From a virus: 64,000 bases of DNA. Made by a program: the position numbers and the translations under genes. Shown here piece after piece: positions 34,847-44,351 of this stretch (position 1 is its first letter; each line of letters opens with the position of its first letter). The DNA is taken from positions 1 to 64,000 of the IMG/VR virus record IMGVR_UViG_3300034121_000527; one strand, written 5' to 3'. The notes beneath the pieces are model-generated. The model saw nothing but the letters and a program-made list of their open reading frames with translations, searched no databases and had not been told where the DNA came from.

Positions 34847-36532
34847 TCAGGTTCCTGGGCGTCGTGAACGTTGGCGGAAAGCCTGACGCTTCATTTCCAT
34901 ATCAGCTTGCCCAATTCCTTGCATTCCAACTCCCGCATAACCTGTTTGACCTTGGGTAAAGTCAGGAGTAGGGGCTTGTGGGTGACGTGATGGGCCTTGA
35001 TAGCTTGGGTTACCAAAATCAGGACGTACTGCACCAGTAAGTGGGTTCATATCATGACGTCCTGGTTGTGGGCCCATTGGGGTCATTTGTGATGGGTCAA
35101 ACCCCATGTTTTGTGATTGTTGCATAGCATATGCATTATAGCCGTTCATCTTACCCTGCCATGCATCATTGCTTGGAAGAGCACCTGGTCTTGCAGTTCT
35201 TCCAACTGGCCCACGTCCACCATAAGCACCTGGTGGAGTAGTGTTTTGAATAGGGGCAGCTGCGGGGTTACTACCAACACCATTAACACCTATTGTTCTA
35301 CCTGGTGTGTCTAATGCTTGCACCTGTGTTTGGGGTAGTCCTGTAGTTGCAGGGGGCTGTGCTGCTTGTGGTTGGCTAGCAACCGGGGTGTTACCTACAC
35401 CACGTGCTTTTGCGTCTTCTAATCCTTTTAAAGCCGTTTGGGTGTATACATCTAGGTTACCTGGATTTTGGTTTACTCCAGGAGTTGCGGATTGTGTAGT
35501 GGGTTGTGCCATGCCTGGGGTGACTGGCGGTACAAAGCCAGCACCAGGAACACCATTACCAGCACCACGTGCTTTTGCTTCTGCTATGCCTTTTTCGGCA
35601 GTAGCTGTGTACACATCCACATTACGTGGAGCAGCTTGTTGTGGAGTGGCTGTTTGTTTTGGAGCAGCACCTGGTTTTGCTTTGGGTGCCCTAGGGGCGC
35701 GTGCCTTTTTAGCTGCAGGAGGTGCTGCACCTCCACCAGGGGGCGGGGGAGGGGGCGGAGGTCCACCTGGAGGTCCACCTGGAGGTCCACCTGGAGGGCC
35801 ACCTGGAGGTCCACCTGGTGGGTTGTTGAACGGGCTGTTAGGGCCAAATGATAGGTTTAAACTGGATTGCCTTGCAAAGGCTCCTAAGTTGTTTTGGGTG
35901 CCAGATCCACTATTTATGTTTCCTAGAGCGCCCATGTTTCCAGACATGTCGTTTCCAACAAAGTTTCCAACACTACCAGACATGTCATTACCTATAATAT
36001 TATTGCCACCAGCTTTGTTGCCTGATTGACTCATGGCTCCTCCTCCTGAACTCTGTGTGGTCACGGGGGGTTGAACCGACCCAGACGCTCCTGAACTTTT
36101 CTCTGTCTTATCTTTTTTCATCTTGCCCGGTCCTCCAAAGAACTTTCTAATAGTAAATTCTTCGTTAGAACCACTACCTTGGACTCTCCTACTATTATAG
36201 CTTGGGCCTGAATTGGGAACTCCAGTAGTTCCTGTTGCACTGCTTGCTTCATACCCAACTCTTCCATTACTACCTAAGCTAGTATTAATGTCTCTTGCAT
36301 AAGTAGAGCTAAACCCAGGATTGGCAGGGTTACTACCCATGGCCGGAGCACCCTGTATGGGGTTGATATTCCCACGTATTTCTCCAGAAGACTGCGCTCC
36401 ACCTTGAGCATATGCTTGGCGCATTTGCCAAGAGCCCTCAAGAGTACCTTTGTTCCTTAGGTTCTGAGAGTAAAAGTCATGTGTAGGGGCTTTACCGTCA
36501 TTCTGTGTATAAAAGTCTCCGTTGAAAGGCAT
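34847..36532 (-). CDS. Gly/Pro/Gln-rich disordered protein (candidate virion internal protein)
   Basis: 561 aa low complexity; PPGG repeats; duplicated DVYT.TA.KG...AKARG. Confidence 0.75.
   Translation of the reverse strand: MPFNGDFYTQNDGKAPTHDFYSQNLRNKGTLEGSWQMRQAYAQGGAQSSGEIRGNINPIQGAPAMGSNPANPGFSSTYARDINTSLGSNGRVGYEASSATGTTGVPNSGPSYNSRRVQGSGSNEEFTIRKFFGGPGKMKKDKTEKSSGASGSVQPPVTTQSSGGGAMSQSGNKAGGNNIIGNDMSGSVGNFVGNDMSGNMGALGNINSGSGTQNNLGAFARQSSLNLSFGPNSPFNNPPGGPPGGPPGGPPGGPPGGPPPPPPPPGGGAAPPAAKKARAPRAPKAKPGAAPKQTATPQQAAPRNVDVYTATAEKGIAEAKARGAGNGVPGAGFVPPVTPGMAQPTTQSATPGVNQNPGNLDVYTQTALKGLEDAKARGVGNTPVASQPQAAQPPATTGLPQTQVQALDTPGRTIGVNGVGSNPAAAPIQNTTPPGAYGGRGPVGRTARPGALPSNDAWQGKMNGYNAYAMQQSQNMGFDPSQMTPMGPQPGRHDMNPLTGAVRPDFGNPSYQGPSRHPQAPTPDFTQGQTGYAGVGMQGIGQADMEMKRQAFRQRSRRPGT
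35756..35822. repeat. 12-bp tandem repeat (GGAGGTCCACCT) x5 encoding PPGG
   Basis: Directly visible. Confidence 0.85.
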
Positions 36533-36533
36533 G

Positions 36534-36827
36534 TTATACGTTTCCTAACGAGTTCATAGAGTACCGTCCAGTGGCTTCAAAGTCACCAGTGTTCATCTCT
36601 GGCATAACCGGCATACCTGAGATCCACGAACGATTGGTTACCCCATAGCGGCTCATACTAAAAATGTCCATAAGGTTAGGTGACTGCTTAATAAACCCAC
36701 GAGTCTGTGGAAAAAGCTGTTGAGGAACAGTAGGGCGGATTGCACGTATGGTGTCGGGGTCGCTAATGGCGGCCTGTAAGGCCTGATCCACTAGAAACTC
36801 CTGACGTGACTGCCATGGACGTGCCAT
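36534..36827 (-). CDS. Hypothetical protein
   Basis: AAGGA SD; RPWQSR.E.LVD..L. Confidence 0.7.
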   Translation of the reverse strand: MARPWQSRQEFLVDQALQAAISDPDTIRAIRPTVPQQLFPQTRGFIKQSPNLMDIFSMSRYGVTNRSWISGMPVMPEMNTGDFEATGRYSMNSLGNV

Positions 36828-36845
36828 TCTTATCCTTTAAATATG

Positions 36846-37043
36846 TTACCCAGTGTATCCTGGGTAACCTCTACGGTTACCTAAACTGTTTTGCATTTTT
36901 GTAGATGTAGCTATTACATCTTTGTATTGCTCACTAATCTTTTCTGAAGTTTTAATTGCTTCTTCTAAAGAAAGACCTGGGTTAAGTCCTTCAACGTTAA
37001 TCTTGTACCAAGCTTCAGCAATTGTCATGTGAGGCTTAATCAT
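36846..37043 (-). CDS. Hypothetical protein
   Basis: AAGGAG SD. Confidence 0.65.
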   Translation of the reverse strand: MIKPHMTIAEAWYKINVEGLNPGLSLEEAIKTSEKISEQYKDVIATSTKMQNSLGNRRGYPGYTG

Positions 37044-37068
37044 ATTGTGTTCTCCTTGTTGTGTTTAG

Positions 37069-37494
37069 TTAGTATCCGCCAACTCTAGGTGTTGGCTTTC
37101 CATAAGCATCTTGAATCATATTCTGGTGTCCATTAGCGCCGACAATTGAAGCTTGTCGTGCATTACTTCTACCCATTGTTTGATTTTCTGGGTTCTTACC
37201 TGAGTTATTGGTACCCGTTCTAAGATCTCTATAATGGTCTTTAATTCCAGCCATATTTTCATTAGGAACAGCATACGCCGCAGAACCTGAATAACCACGC
37301 TGACTGGTGGGAGCGTTATAAACTTTAGATGTACCCATGGGTGCTGCTACTCCTGCGGGGGTAGGATTAGCAGATTTTACAAGAGTACTAAGTTCGGGGG
37401 TACCCATATCGCCTGATGGTGCAAGTCTAGGAGTGTGAGGGTTATCTCCACGTCCGGCATTCCCGCCGCCTCTCATACTGTCTTTAATAGCCAT
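37069..37494 (-). CDS. Disordered hypothetical protein
   Basis: AAGGAG SD; MAIKDSMRGG. Confidence 0.7.
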   Translation of the reverse strand: MAIKDSMRGGGNAGRGDNPHTPRLAPSGDMGTPELSTLVKSANPTPAGVAAPMGTSKVYNAPTSQRGYSGSAAYAVPNENMAGIKDHYRDLRTGTNNSGKNPENQTMGRSNARQASIVGANGHQNMIQDAYGKPTPRVGGY

Positions 37495-37524
37495 AATTTA
37501 CTCCTTTGTTGATACACAAGTTTA

Positions 37525-38028
37525 TCATCTCCACGGGGGAGCAAGTGACTTTAATAAGCTTCTTCGTTGCATGTCTACAACTTCTTCTTGAGGGCGGTCT
37601 AGGCCCCTAGGAATGCCTCTGGGACCAGCTTTACCATCATTAGTTAACCTTACTGGTTCAGCCCCTGGAGGGGCAAACTTGAGTCCTTGTGACTGTAGCA
37701 CTAACCCTGTTTGTAGGTTGAACTCATCTGGCCAAACATAGTCACCGGCATTAATACGCTCACCCTTATGTACACCACGTGTATAAGGACGACTATTAGT
37801 ACGTTGTACAGCATTTAATATCTTGTCTTGTCTCCGGTTGGATGACATAGTTCCCAGGTAGCCGTCTGGGTATTGCGTGTCAGGTGAACCACCCCATGCT
37901 GAAAGTTGTGCGTCTTTAGCACTACGAAAGGTAGGTGTAGGGCCTAGTAATGGTTGGCTCTCTGGAGTATAAGGGTCGTAACCCCCACCCCAGTCAGTGA
38001 ATGTTTGCTGGTTTGGACTAGCGGCCAT
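37525..38028 (-). CDS. Conserved-looking phage protein
   Basis: YPDGYLGT..S.RR.D...Y.RGVHKGERI...Y.WP. Confidence 0.75.
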   Translation of the reverse strand: MAASPNQQTFTDWGGGYDPYTPESQPLLGPTPTFRSAKDAQLSAWGGSPDTQYPDGYLGTMSSNRRQDKILNAVQRTNSRPYTRGVHKGERINAGDYVWPDEFNLQTGLVLQSQGLKFAPPGAEPVRLTNDGKAGPRGIPRGLDRPQEEVVDMQRRSLLKSLAPPWR

Positions 38029-38167
38029 TTACTCCACCAAATGCCCCAAGAATTCCACCTTGTCCTCCACCAACATTAGAAATTGGCTTAGGACGTGGAG
38101 CAACCTTCTTAACTACTTTTTTATTAAGCTTTTTCTTAGAAGTTGAAGAAGTCTTCTTTGAGGCCAT
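38018..38167 (-). CDS. Small basic protein (49 aa)
   Basis: AAGGA SD; MASKKTSSTSKKKLNKKVVKK. Confidence 0.5.
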   Translation of the reverse strand: MASKKTSSTSKKKLNKKVVKKVAPRPKPISNVGGGQGGILGAFGGVNGR

Positions 38168-38297
38168 GACGGTCCTTTTCTTTACGTTTCTGTTTGCGTT
38201 CTAGCTTATCTTGTTCTTCGTAGATGTTATCAAACTCATCATCTAAATGTGGTGAATTAGCTAGCTTGCGCCAATCGTCATTATTATACTTACGCAT
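38136..38297 (-). CDS. Small hypothetical protein (53 aa)
   Basis: MRKYNNDDWRKLAN...; fills intergenic gap. Confidence 0.45.
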   Translation of the reverse strand: MRKYNNDDWRKLANSPHLDDEFDNIYEEQDKLERKQKRKEKDRHGLKEDFFNF

Positions 38298-38329
38298 TTT
38301 AGTAGTTTACACCTTATACCTATATTTGC

Positions 38330-41300
38330 TTACATTCCCTGAGGAATTATTTCTCTACCCATACGTGATGGGCCCTTGGTAGGGTCATACACACGGTTGG
38401 TAGTATTACCCATTTGCTTCATGCTTAAATGGGTGTTGGGAGCACTAGCTGGGGTTCCTGACCATGCGTAATCACTAGTGTTATCTTCAACTGCTGTAGG
38501 TGCTTCAATTGCTGCTGGTGCTGTTGCACTAGCTTCTTGTGGACGCATTCTTTTTGGTGCAATCTTTGAGTATTGCCCTGCATTAAACAAACGGCCAGTT
38601 GGCTTAGCATCTTGTCCTCGTTCACCGAAATGTGCCCCAGTGCCAAGTCCTTGTGTTTGTCTTTGTGATAGTTCTCTACGTGTCATCTCAACACCAGTAG
38701 TAGGAACTGTATAGTTCCGTTCTTTAACAGCTGTTTCTTGTGGAGTTAAAGAAGGAAGTTGCTTATAGAGAACAGGTATTCTTTCTGTTTCTATATTGCT
38801 TGTTTTGTAACTTGGTGGAGCAATAGGTTTACCCATAAGAGGATTACGTGTTGTAGAGTTAATTCCAATAACTCCACCAGAGCTATCTTTAAGTTGGTCT
38901 TCTGAGGAAGTGTAATTACCTAAGTTTTCACCCTCAATAGGCGTTTTAATAAACTCAGCTTTTTTAAGTCCCTCTAAAGCCATACGTGTGTATGCATTAG
39001 CATTATTTGGAACATTAAATTGTGAGCTAAGGCGTGATGACTGCGGGGGAGTTGGTGCAGATCTTGTGGGTTTAGTTTGCGCCCAAGGAGTTGCCGTAGG
39101 AGAACTAGGTTCAGTCCTGGTAACAGTCTCCCTAGAAACAGTACCTGCTGGTTCTATCATACCTCTACCAGCAGACTTTGGTAGTATTCTGTCGCTGGTA
39201 CTGGTTGTTTCTATAGTTTCACTTACTTGTGAAGTACCCTCTGCTGCCTTGCGCGCTGCAGATTCTGCTCCAATTTTTCTTCCCATTTCAATTTTACCAA
39301 ATGATGGGAGTTCGGTTCCAGCAGTAATATTCCAACCTCTTTTACGTACTGCTATAGATAAGCGTTGACGTTCTTCGGTTGATTCTGGAATATTAATAGC
39401 ACCAGATCTATCTGATACACCTAGGTCATGCAGAGCTTCAATAGTCATACCATTTGGTAAGGTACCAAATGGTCTAGAAACTTCTCCAGTTTCGGAGGTG
39501 TCTGTGTAGCTTTCCAATGCACTGTGAACTTGCTCACTAAGAGTTAGTGGGGACTTAGCTCTTCTTGAGGTGGAAGTTGACGTATCCTTGACCGGTGCAA
39601 GTTCAATTTCTTGGTACTTGGGCTTGCCTGTCTTTTTATCTATTTCTTTTGCTTTTGATCCATATGCAATAGCGTCAATCCATTTAACGCCAGGGTCAAC
39701 GCTTGAGTCACCCCTAGTATAGGCTTCATCTGGGTTAGTGGTACTGACTAGTCTACGCCTACGTATTACCCGCTCTTTGCCCCCTGCTTTTGACAGTCCA
39801 GCAATAGACTGAGCAACATGTAAACGAACCGCATTTGCTTTTTCAGCTTCTGCAGTGTCTGTTGCAGACCCAGCAGATACTGGCCGGTCTATGACCGTGC
39901 CATCCGGTAGTTCTACTTCTTCAGTCTCCATGTTTCCACGAAGATCGCGTTTGACAGAACCTTGGGAAGCAATTATATCAAGGTGTTCTCTTGCTGCTTT
40001 GTCACCTGCAGCTTTTATGGCCTTAGTATGAACAGCTCTTAAAGCTTGATGAGCACGTTTTTGAGCGTCATCAGCATTAGCTGGGAGTTCAGTAAGCATA
40101 GCAATTTGTTCACCCTTAGCATTTACATGCGTACCTTCTTCAAGGGCTTTTCTAGTTTCCATTTGTGCTTTTTGCCGTTTTGATTCAATGTCTCTAGCAT
40201 CTATGATGCCTTGTTCAACATGTGGTTTTCTGATGTTTAGAACTTCTACTGCTCGTTTTACAGCATCTACGTCTGCATCAACAAGGCCTTGCCGTACGTC
40301 ACGAGCCATGCTTGTGTTAGGGGATTCTTGAGCAAGACCAAGTTGGTCTTTAAGTTGGGTAATGTCTGTACCTTCAGCATTTGCTTTTGAAATCTGTGCC
40401 TGAATACCTCTAGCGGCAAGTGCTTCATAACCTTGGAACTGTCTACCAACTGGGCCAATGGCTACAGGGTCGGTATAAGTTCTGTTTAAAGCGCGTCCAC
40501 CTAATTGACGTACTTCCCATGGTTTAGCCGCGGTTGCATCCCGCATAACTTTTATGGGGGTACCTCTAGAGTTGGTCTTATCTACCAATCGTCCATCTTT
40601 ATCTTTTACTTTTTCAGTTTGGACAATGTTTTCTGGAATCTTTCTCTTTGCCATTTCGGCAGCAACTTTTGTTGCAACAAGTGAAGATTCTGGCATGCTT
40701 GCAAGTTCTTCTTCAGTATGCCCGGCTGCTTTAACTTGGGATTCAACCAGTCGTCTAGTTATATCATATTGTGGATTACGAATACGTGAGGCAGTTTGAG
40801 GAGTAAGAATCCCTTCGCGACGTGCTTTCTGCGTTATCTTTGCTTGTTCTCTTATAGGTAGCTTCTCAAAACCTGGTGCGCGTGTTGGGTCACCTTGGTC
40901 AGAAATAAATTCACTTGTCTTAGTACTTGCAGCGAGCTTTTCACGTTCTTCTGTACTTAAATTAAGTAAAGAACCAGAACCAGTTCCTTCAGCCATCTGA
41001 GATAGCTTCATTCTTTCTCTATCTCCGAGATTAGCTTTACTGTTACGAGTAACTACATTTGGTCTGGTAGCTCTTTCTTTTGCTATTTCATGAAGGTCAT
41101 GCAAGTAATCAAGTCTGTTTGGAGTAACATTACGCTTTACGTAAGACCCACCTCCTGCAGCTCCAACCTTTACTACCTCTCCACCCTGCCCTGTTATTTC
41201 ATCTACTACTTCTTTAATGAGACCAAGGCCAGTAATATTTTTTGTGGATTTTCCTTCTTCATCTTTTCCGTCTTCTACTTTAACGCCTTGTCGTGTTGAC

Positions 41301-42928
41301 TTGGCTCTGACGTAGTTGTAATTGATTGGTTTATCACCCTCATACGCCACAGGACGGGTTTGCTCGTATTTGAATCCTGCTTTTTCTAGGATTCCATGGA
41401 TTTCTGAATTTGGGTCAGCTACTTCTGCAGCAGTAAGTGAAAGAGGGGTTCCTTCTTTAGCTGCTCTTTTCTTTTCTTGTTCAATAAAAGAGTTGTAGTC
41501 TACTGGTTCGTCAGAAGATACACCGTATTCATCCTTGTTTGTTGCTGCTTTTTCTCGTCTCCAGCTTTCAAAAGAGGTATTGCTAGCAATTGTGCCTTGA
41601 GCTTTTGCGGCATCAAACTCGGTTTTCATCAAACCTATTTTGTTACTCTCGGCTGTAAATCTTGCTTTTTGACCTCTTGTGGCTTCTCTAACTGCGGAAA
41701 ATGCAGGTGCAAGTGCGTCTCTATTGGAATCAATCCATGCTTGTGCATCTTGTAATGCAAGAGTTTTGCGCTCATCTTCAATACCACTAGCAATATCTTT
41801 AAATGCGGCTGGATCAATATCTGTATCTGGGGATTGTTCAGCTTTACGGAGTTCTGATACTTGACCTGCTTGCCCACCAATAAACCTTGCTGCGCTAGCT
41901 TCTCGTGCTGCGTTTCTACCCTCACGTGTTGATACATCAAACTGGGGGCCCATTGTTCCGCCAGTACCAGCAACCATTCCAGAACCTTTAGCATCAAGTT
42001 CTGCTTGTTCATCTGCTGATACATCACCAAATTGTGGTGTTACGGCATTAGCTGCGGCATATTCAATTTCAGCAGCTGTTTGTAAAGTACCTCTAGCTTT
42101 TTCAGAGCCACCACCAGAAGATGGGTTATAGGCATCTTTAGCAGCTTCAATGTCTTTATCTGAAGGCATTGTCTTGCCTGTGTCAATACCCTCGGTATCA
42201 CTGGGGATCTGTTCGCCTGCAGCGTTTTCACCAGATACTCCACCACTACCAGAAGGTCGGGCTGTCCCAGGTCCAAGAGTTTCTCTAACGTTCTCATCTA
42301 TACCTGGGATACCACCCATGTACCATATACTGGCAATAAAGTCAGCTTCTGTTGGCGTTTGCCCAGTGCTAGCACTTACATAACCACGGTAAGCTTTAGG
42401 ATTTTCAGGTTCGTAGCGAACTCCGGTGGTACGTCCACCAACTGTTTTAAAGAATGCTCGTGTGTCAATACCCATTCTTGCAGCTGCTTCATGACGGGCA
42501 GCTTCACGTGCGTCCTCTTCTTGGATGACGTCATCTTCACTGTAATAGCTTCTTTTTGCGCGTTCTGCAACAACTTGTCTGTTCTGTTCTGCAGTGGTGT
42601 CTTGCCTTGAAGTGCGAGCTACTGAGGTGTTTCTACGGCTGGTTTTAACCGACTTGGTTTCTCCACGCTTACGTTGTTTTGCCTTAGGAGTAGCTCTTGT
42701 TGCTTCAGCTGCACCTGTTTTACGTTGGTTTGCTTTGCGGTTTATTTCATATCTTTTAAGGTTCGGTGGAAGAGCCTTAAAAGCAGCTGCGTAAGTTTCA
42801 GTTAGAGGGGTTTCTTTACCTTCATCATCCCAAAATCTTTCCATACCGCCTGGCTGGTCTTTGGATAGGTTTGCTAATATCCCCAGTTCTTCTGCACTAA
42901 ACGGTTTTGGTATTTTCTTTTCAGCCAT
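38330..42928 (-). CDS. Very large charged/low-complexity protein (1532 aa), candidate internal/ejection protein
   Basis: Uninterrupted ORF, GGGAG SD; no enzyme motifs recognised. Confidence 0.8.
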   Translation of the reverse strand: MAEKKIPKPFSAEELGILANLSKDQPGGMERFWDDEGKETPLTETYAAAFKALPPNLKRYEINRKANQRKTGAAEATRATPKAKQRKRGETKSVKTSRRNTSVARTSRQDTTAEQNRQVVAERAKRSYYSEDDVIQEEDAREAARHEAAARMGIDTRAFFKTVGGRTTGVRYEPENPKAYRGYVSASTGQTPTEADFIASIWYMGGIPGIDENVRETLGPGTARPSGSGGVSGENAAGEQIPSDTEGIDTGKTMPSDKDIEAAKDAYNPSSGGGSEKARGTLQTAAEIEYAAANAVTPQFGDVSADEQAELDAKGSGMVAGTGGTMGPQFDVSTREGRNAAREASAARFIGGQAGQVSELRKAEQSPDTDIDPAAFKDIASGIEDERKTLALQDAQAWIDSNRDALAPAFSAVREATRGQKARFTAESNKIGLMKTEFDAAKAQGTIASNTSFESWRREKAATNKDEYGVSSDEPVDYNSFIEQEKKRAAKEGTPLSLTAAEVADPNSEIHGILEKAGFKYEQTRPVAYEGDKPINYNYVRAKSTRQGVKVEDGKDEEGKSTKNITGLGLIKEVVDEITGQGGEVVKVGAAGGGSYVKRNVTPNRLDYLHDLHEIAKERATRPNVVTRNSKANLGDRERMKLSQMAEGTGSGSLLNLSTEEREKLAASTKTSEFISDQGDPTRAPGFEKLPIREQAKITQKARREGILTPQTASRIRNPQYDITRRLVESQVKAAGHTEEELASMPESSLVATKVAAEMAKRKIPENIVQTEKVKDKDGRLVDKTNSRGTPIKVMRDATAAKPWEVRQLGGRALNRTYTDPVAIGPVGRQFQGYEALAARGIQAQISKANAEGTDITQLKDQLGLAQESPNTSMARDVRQGLVDADVDAVKRAVEVLNIRKPHVEQGIIDARDIESKRQKAQMETRKALEEGTHVNAKGEQIAMLTELPANADDAQKRAHQALRAVHTKAIKAAGDKAAREHLDIIASQGSVKRDLRGNMETEEVELPDGTVIDRPVSAGSATDTAEAEKANAVRLHVAQSIAGLSKAGGKERVIRRRRLVSTTNPDEAYTRGDSSVDPGVKWIDAIAYGSKAKEIDKKTGKPKYQEIELAPVKDTSTSTSRRAKSPLTLSEQVHSALESYTDTSETGEVSRPFGTLPNGMTIEALHDLGVSDRSGAINIPESTEERQRLSIAVRKRGWNITAGTELPSFGKIEMGRKIGAESAARKAAEGTSQVSETIETTSTSDRILPKSAGRGMIEPAGTVSRETVTRTEPSSPTATPWAQTKPTRSAPTPPQSSRLSSQFNVPNNANAYTRMALEGLKKAEFIKTPIEGENLGNYTSSEDQLKDSSGGVIGINSTTRNPLMGKPIAPPSYKTSNIETERIPVLYKQLPSLTPQETAVKERNYTVPTTGVEMTRRELSQRQTQGLGTGAHFGERGQDAKPTGRLFNAGQYSKIAPKRMRPQEASATAPAAIEAPTAVEDNTSDYAWSGTPASAPNTHLSMKQMGNTTNRVYDPTKGPSRMGREIIPQGM

Positions 42929-42991
42929 AGCTAGCTATCTCCCAGAATGCGCAATTAGAGGTACTTAATAATACCACTTTATATAGGGTTA

Positions 42992-43273
42992 TTATCGTTC
43001 GACTGGTTTAAAGGCGATAGCTGAGATGGTCTCTCCGTTATCCCCTTCAATGTCATCAAAACCAATAACAAAGCATAAATCTACGCCTCGTGGAGCAACA
43101 AAGCCACGTGCGATAGCGCATGCTTTGACGGCCTGGTTTACCGCGCTTGCACCAATAGCGCGCATCTTTGGGTGCTGTCCGGCGATTACGGCTCGGGCTA
43201 CGATAGATCCAACACTCTGTGGGTTGCTGCTACCGGAAACTTTTACAATATCGTCTACGTTGTCTTGTGACAT
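42992..43273 (-). CDS. spoVS: SpoVS family protein
   Basis: KVS..SNP.SV...A...AIGA.AVNQAVKA.AIARGFVAP.G.DL...F...AI.F. Confidence 0.9.
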   Translation of the reverse strand: MSQDNVDDIVKVSGSSNPQSVGSIVARAVIAGQHPKMRAIGASAVNQAVKACAIARGFVAPRGVDLCFVIGFDDIEGDNGETISAIAFKPVER

Positions 43274-43317
43274 GATTTACTCCATATAGTTAAAGGGTTA
43301 TTATCAACCCTTTAATT

Positions 43318-43680
43318 TTACGAGTAACCACCCTCTTGTAGCAGTGTAACGAAGTCATCTAACCTCATCACAACATAGGTATCACCCAATGCTTTTTCAC
43401 CTTTACCAGCGCGTTTAACAACTAAGGCAGGCATAGATTTTCCTAACCTAGCTGCTTGCTCTACTGTAGCATCTAACCAGCCACTTAAGCTTAACTTACG
43501 TTGGTTTTTACATTGTATAGCAAGTTCTCGTTCTTGCCCCTCATTACGGATACCATTGATATCCCCGGTATCTTCCCCACCCTTTAAGACCGTACGGGAT
43601 GCTTTTGGAAAACCTTTAGCATTAAGGTACTTACGTATGGCTGTTTCAAAGGAAGTGCCTTTTTGTTTAGCCGCTGACAT
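43318..43680 (-). CDS. Holliday junction resolvase-like PD-(D/E)XK nuclease
   Basis: KQKGTSFE...D.GDI.G...IQCKN. Confidence 0.8.
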   Translation of the reverse strand: MSAAKQKGTSFETAIRKYLNAKGFPKASRTVLKGGEDTGDINGIRNEGQERELAIQCKNQRKLSLSGWLDATVEQAARLGKSMPALVVKRAGKGEKALGDTYVVMRLDDFVTLLQEGGYS

Positions 43681-43852
43681 TCTTGGTGTCCTTTATAGAG
43701 TTCCTAATTTCTATAAGAAGTGCTTTAATTTCTTTGAGTGTTTCATTAACTCCGTTAATAGGGGCAACTGACGCACGTGCGTTTGCAGCTTGGCGCATAC
43801 GCTCGTTTTCTTCTCTAGCGTTTTTAGCGCCAAGTTCATCCCATGTTGTCAT
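43667..43852 (-). CDS. Small coiled-coil protein
   Basis: GGAG SD before MTTWDELG. Confidence 0.55.
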   Translation of the reverse strand: MTTWDELGAKNAREENERMRQAANARASVAPINGVNETLKEIKALLIEIRNSIKDTKNVSG

Positions 43853-43853
43853 G

Positions 43854-44351
43854 TCATGCTCCAAATCTTGATGTACGTTGTTCTTTACTGTGCAAACCAA
43901 TTCTACGACTAAGTTCTCGTGAGAGCAGCTGTGCTCCACGTTCGCATGAGTCAAACAATGCTTCTAATAGCTTTCTATACGCTCTAGAAACTTGGTATTT
44001 CTCTTGTTGGGACAAGACGCGGGAATCTACATCTCTTTTTGCTTTTGCGATAGTAACGCGATCCCCCTTGGCATCTGCTCCCCACTGCTCTATTAAAACC
44101 TTTGCCTCTGTAACCCGACATTGATTACCCTCTCTGTCTTCTTCAATCTCTGCTTGAACTAGCTGGCCTTTAAGATATGACACCCATGCCATAAACTCCG
44201 TGTAGACGTTCATGAGGTCTCTATCATCCATGTCATCTAAATCATTAGGTAAGTCTGGTGGGGAGTCTGACGGGCGTGTTGGTAACGCAAACTTAGTTTT
44301 AAAGCGTGTAAGTGCTGGGCCTTCATCTTCAACTTTGGGAATTACTCTCAT
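43854..44351 (-). CDS. Helical hypothetical protein (UvsY-like recombination mediator?)
   Basis: ATGA overlap; LSRELSRR C-terminus; next to nuclease/RecA. Confidence 0.6.
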   Translation of the reverse strand: MRVIPKVEDEGPALTRFKTKFALPTRPSDSPPDLPNDLDDMDDRDLMNVYTEFMAWVSYLKGQLVQAEIEEDREGNQCRVTEAKVLIEQWGADAKGDRVTIAKAKRDVDSRVLSQQEKYQVSRAYRKLLEALFDSCERGAQLLSRELSRRIGLHSKEQRTSRFGA

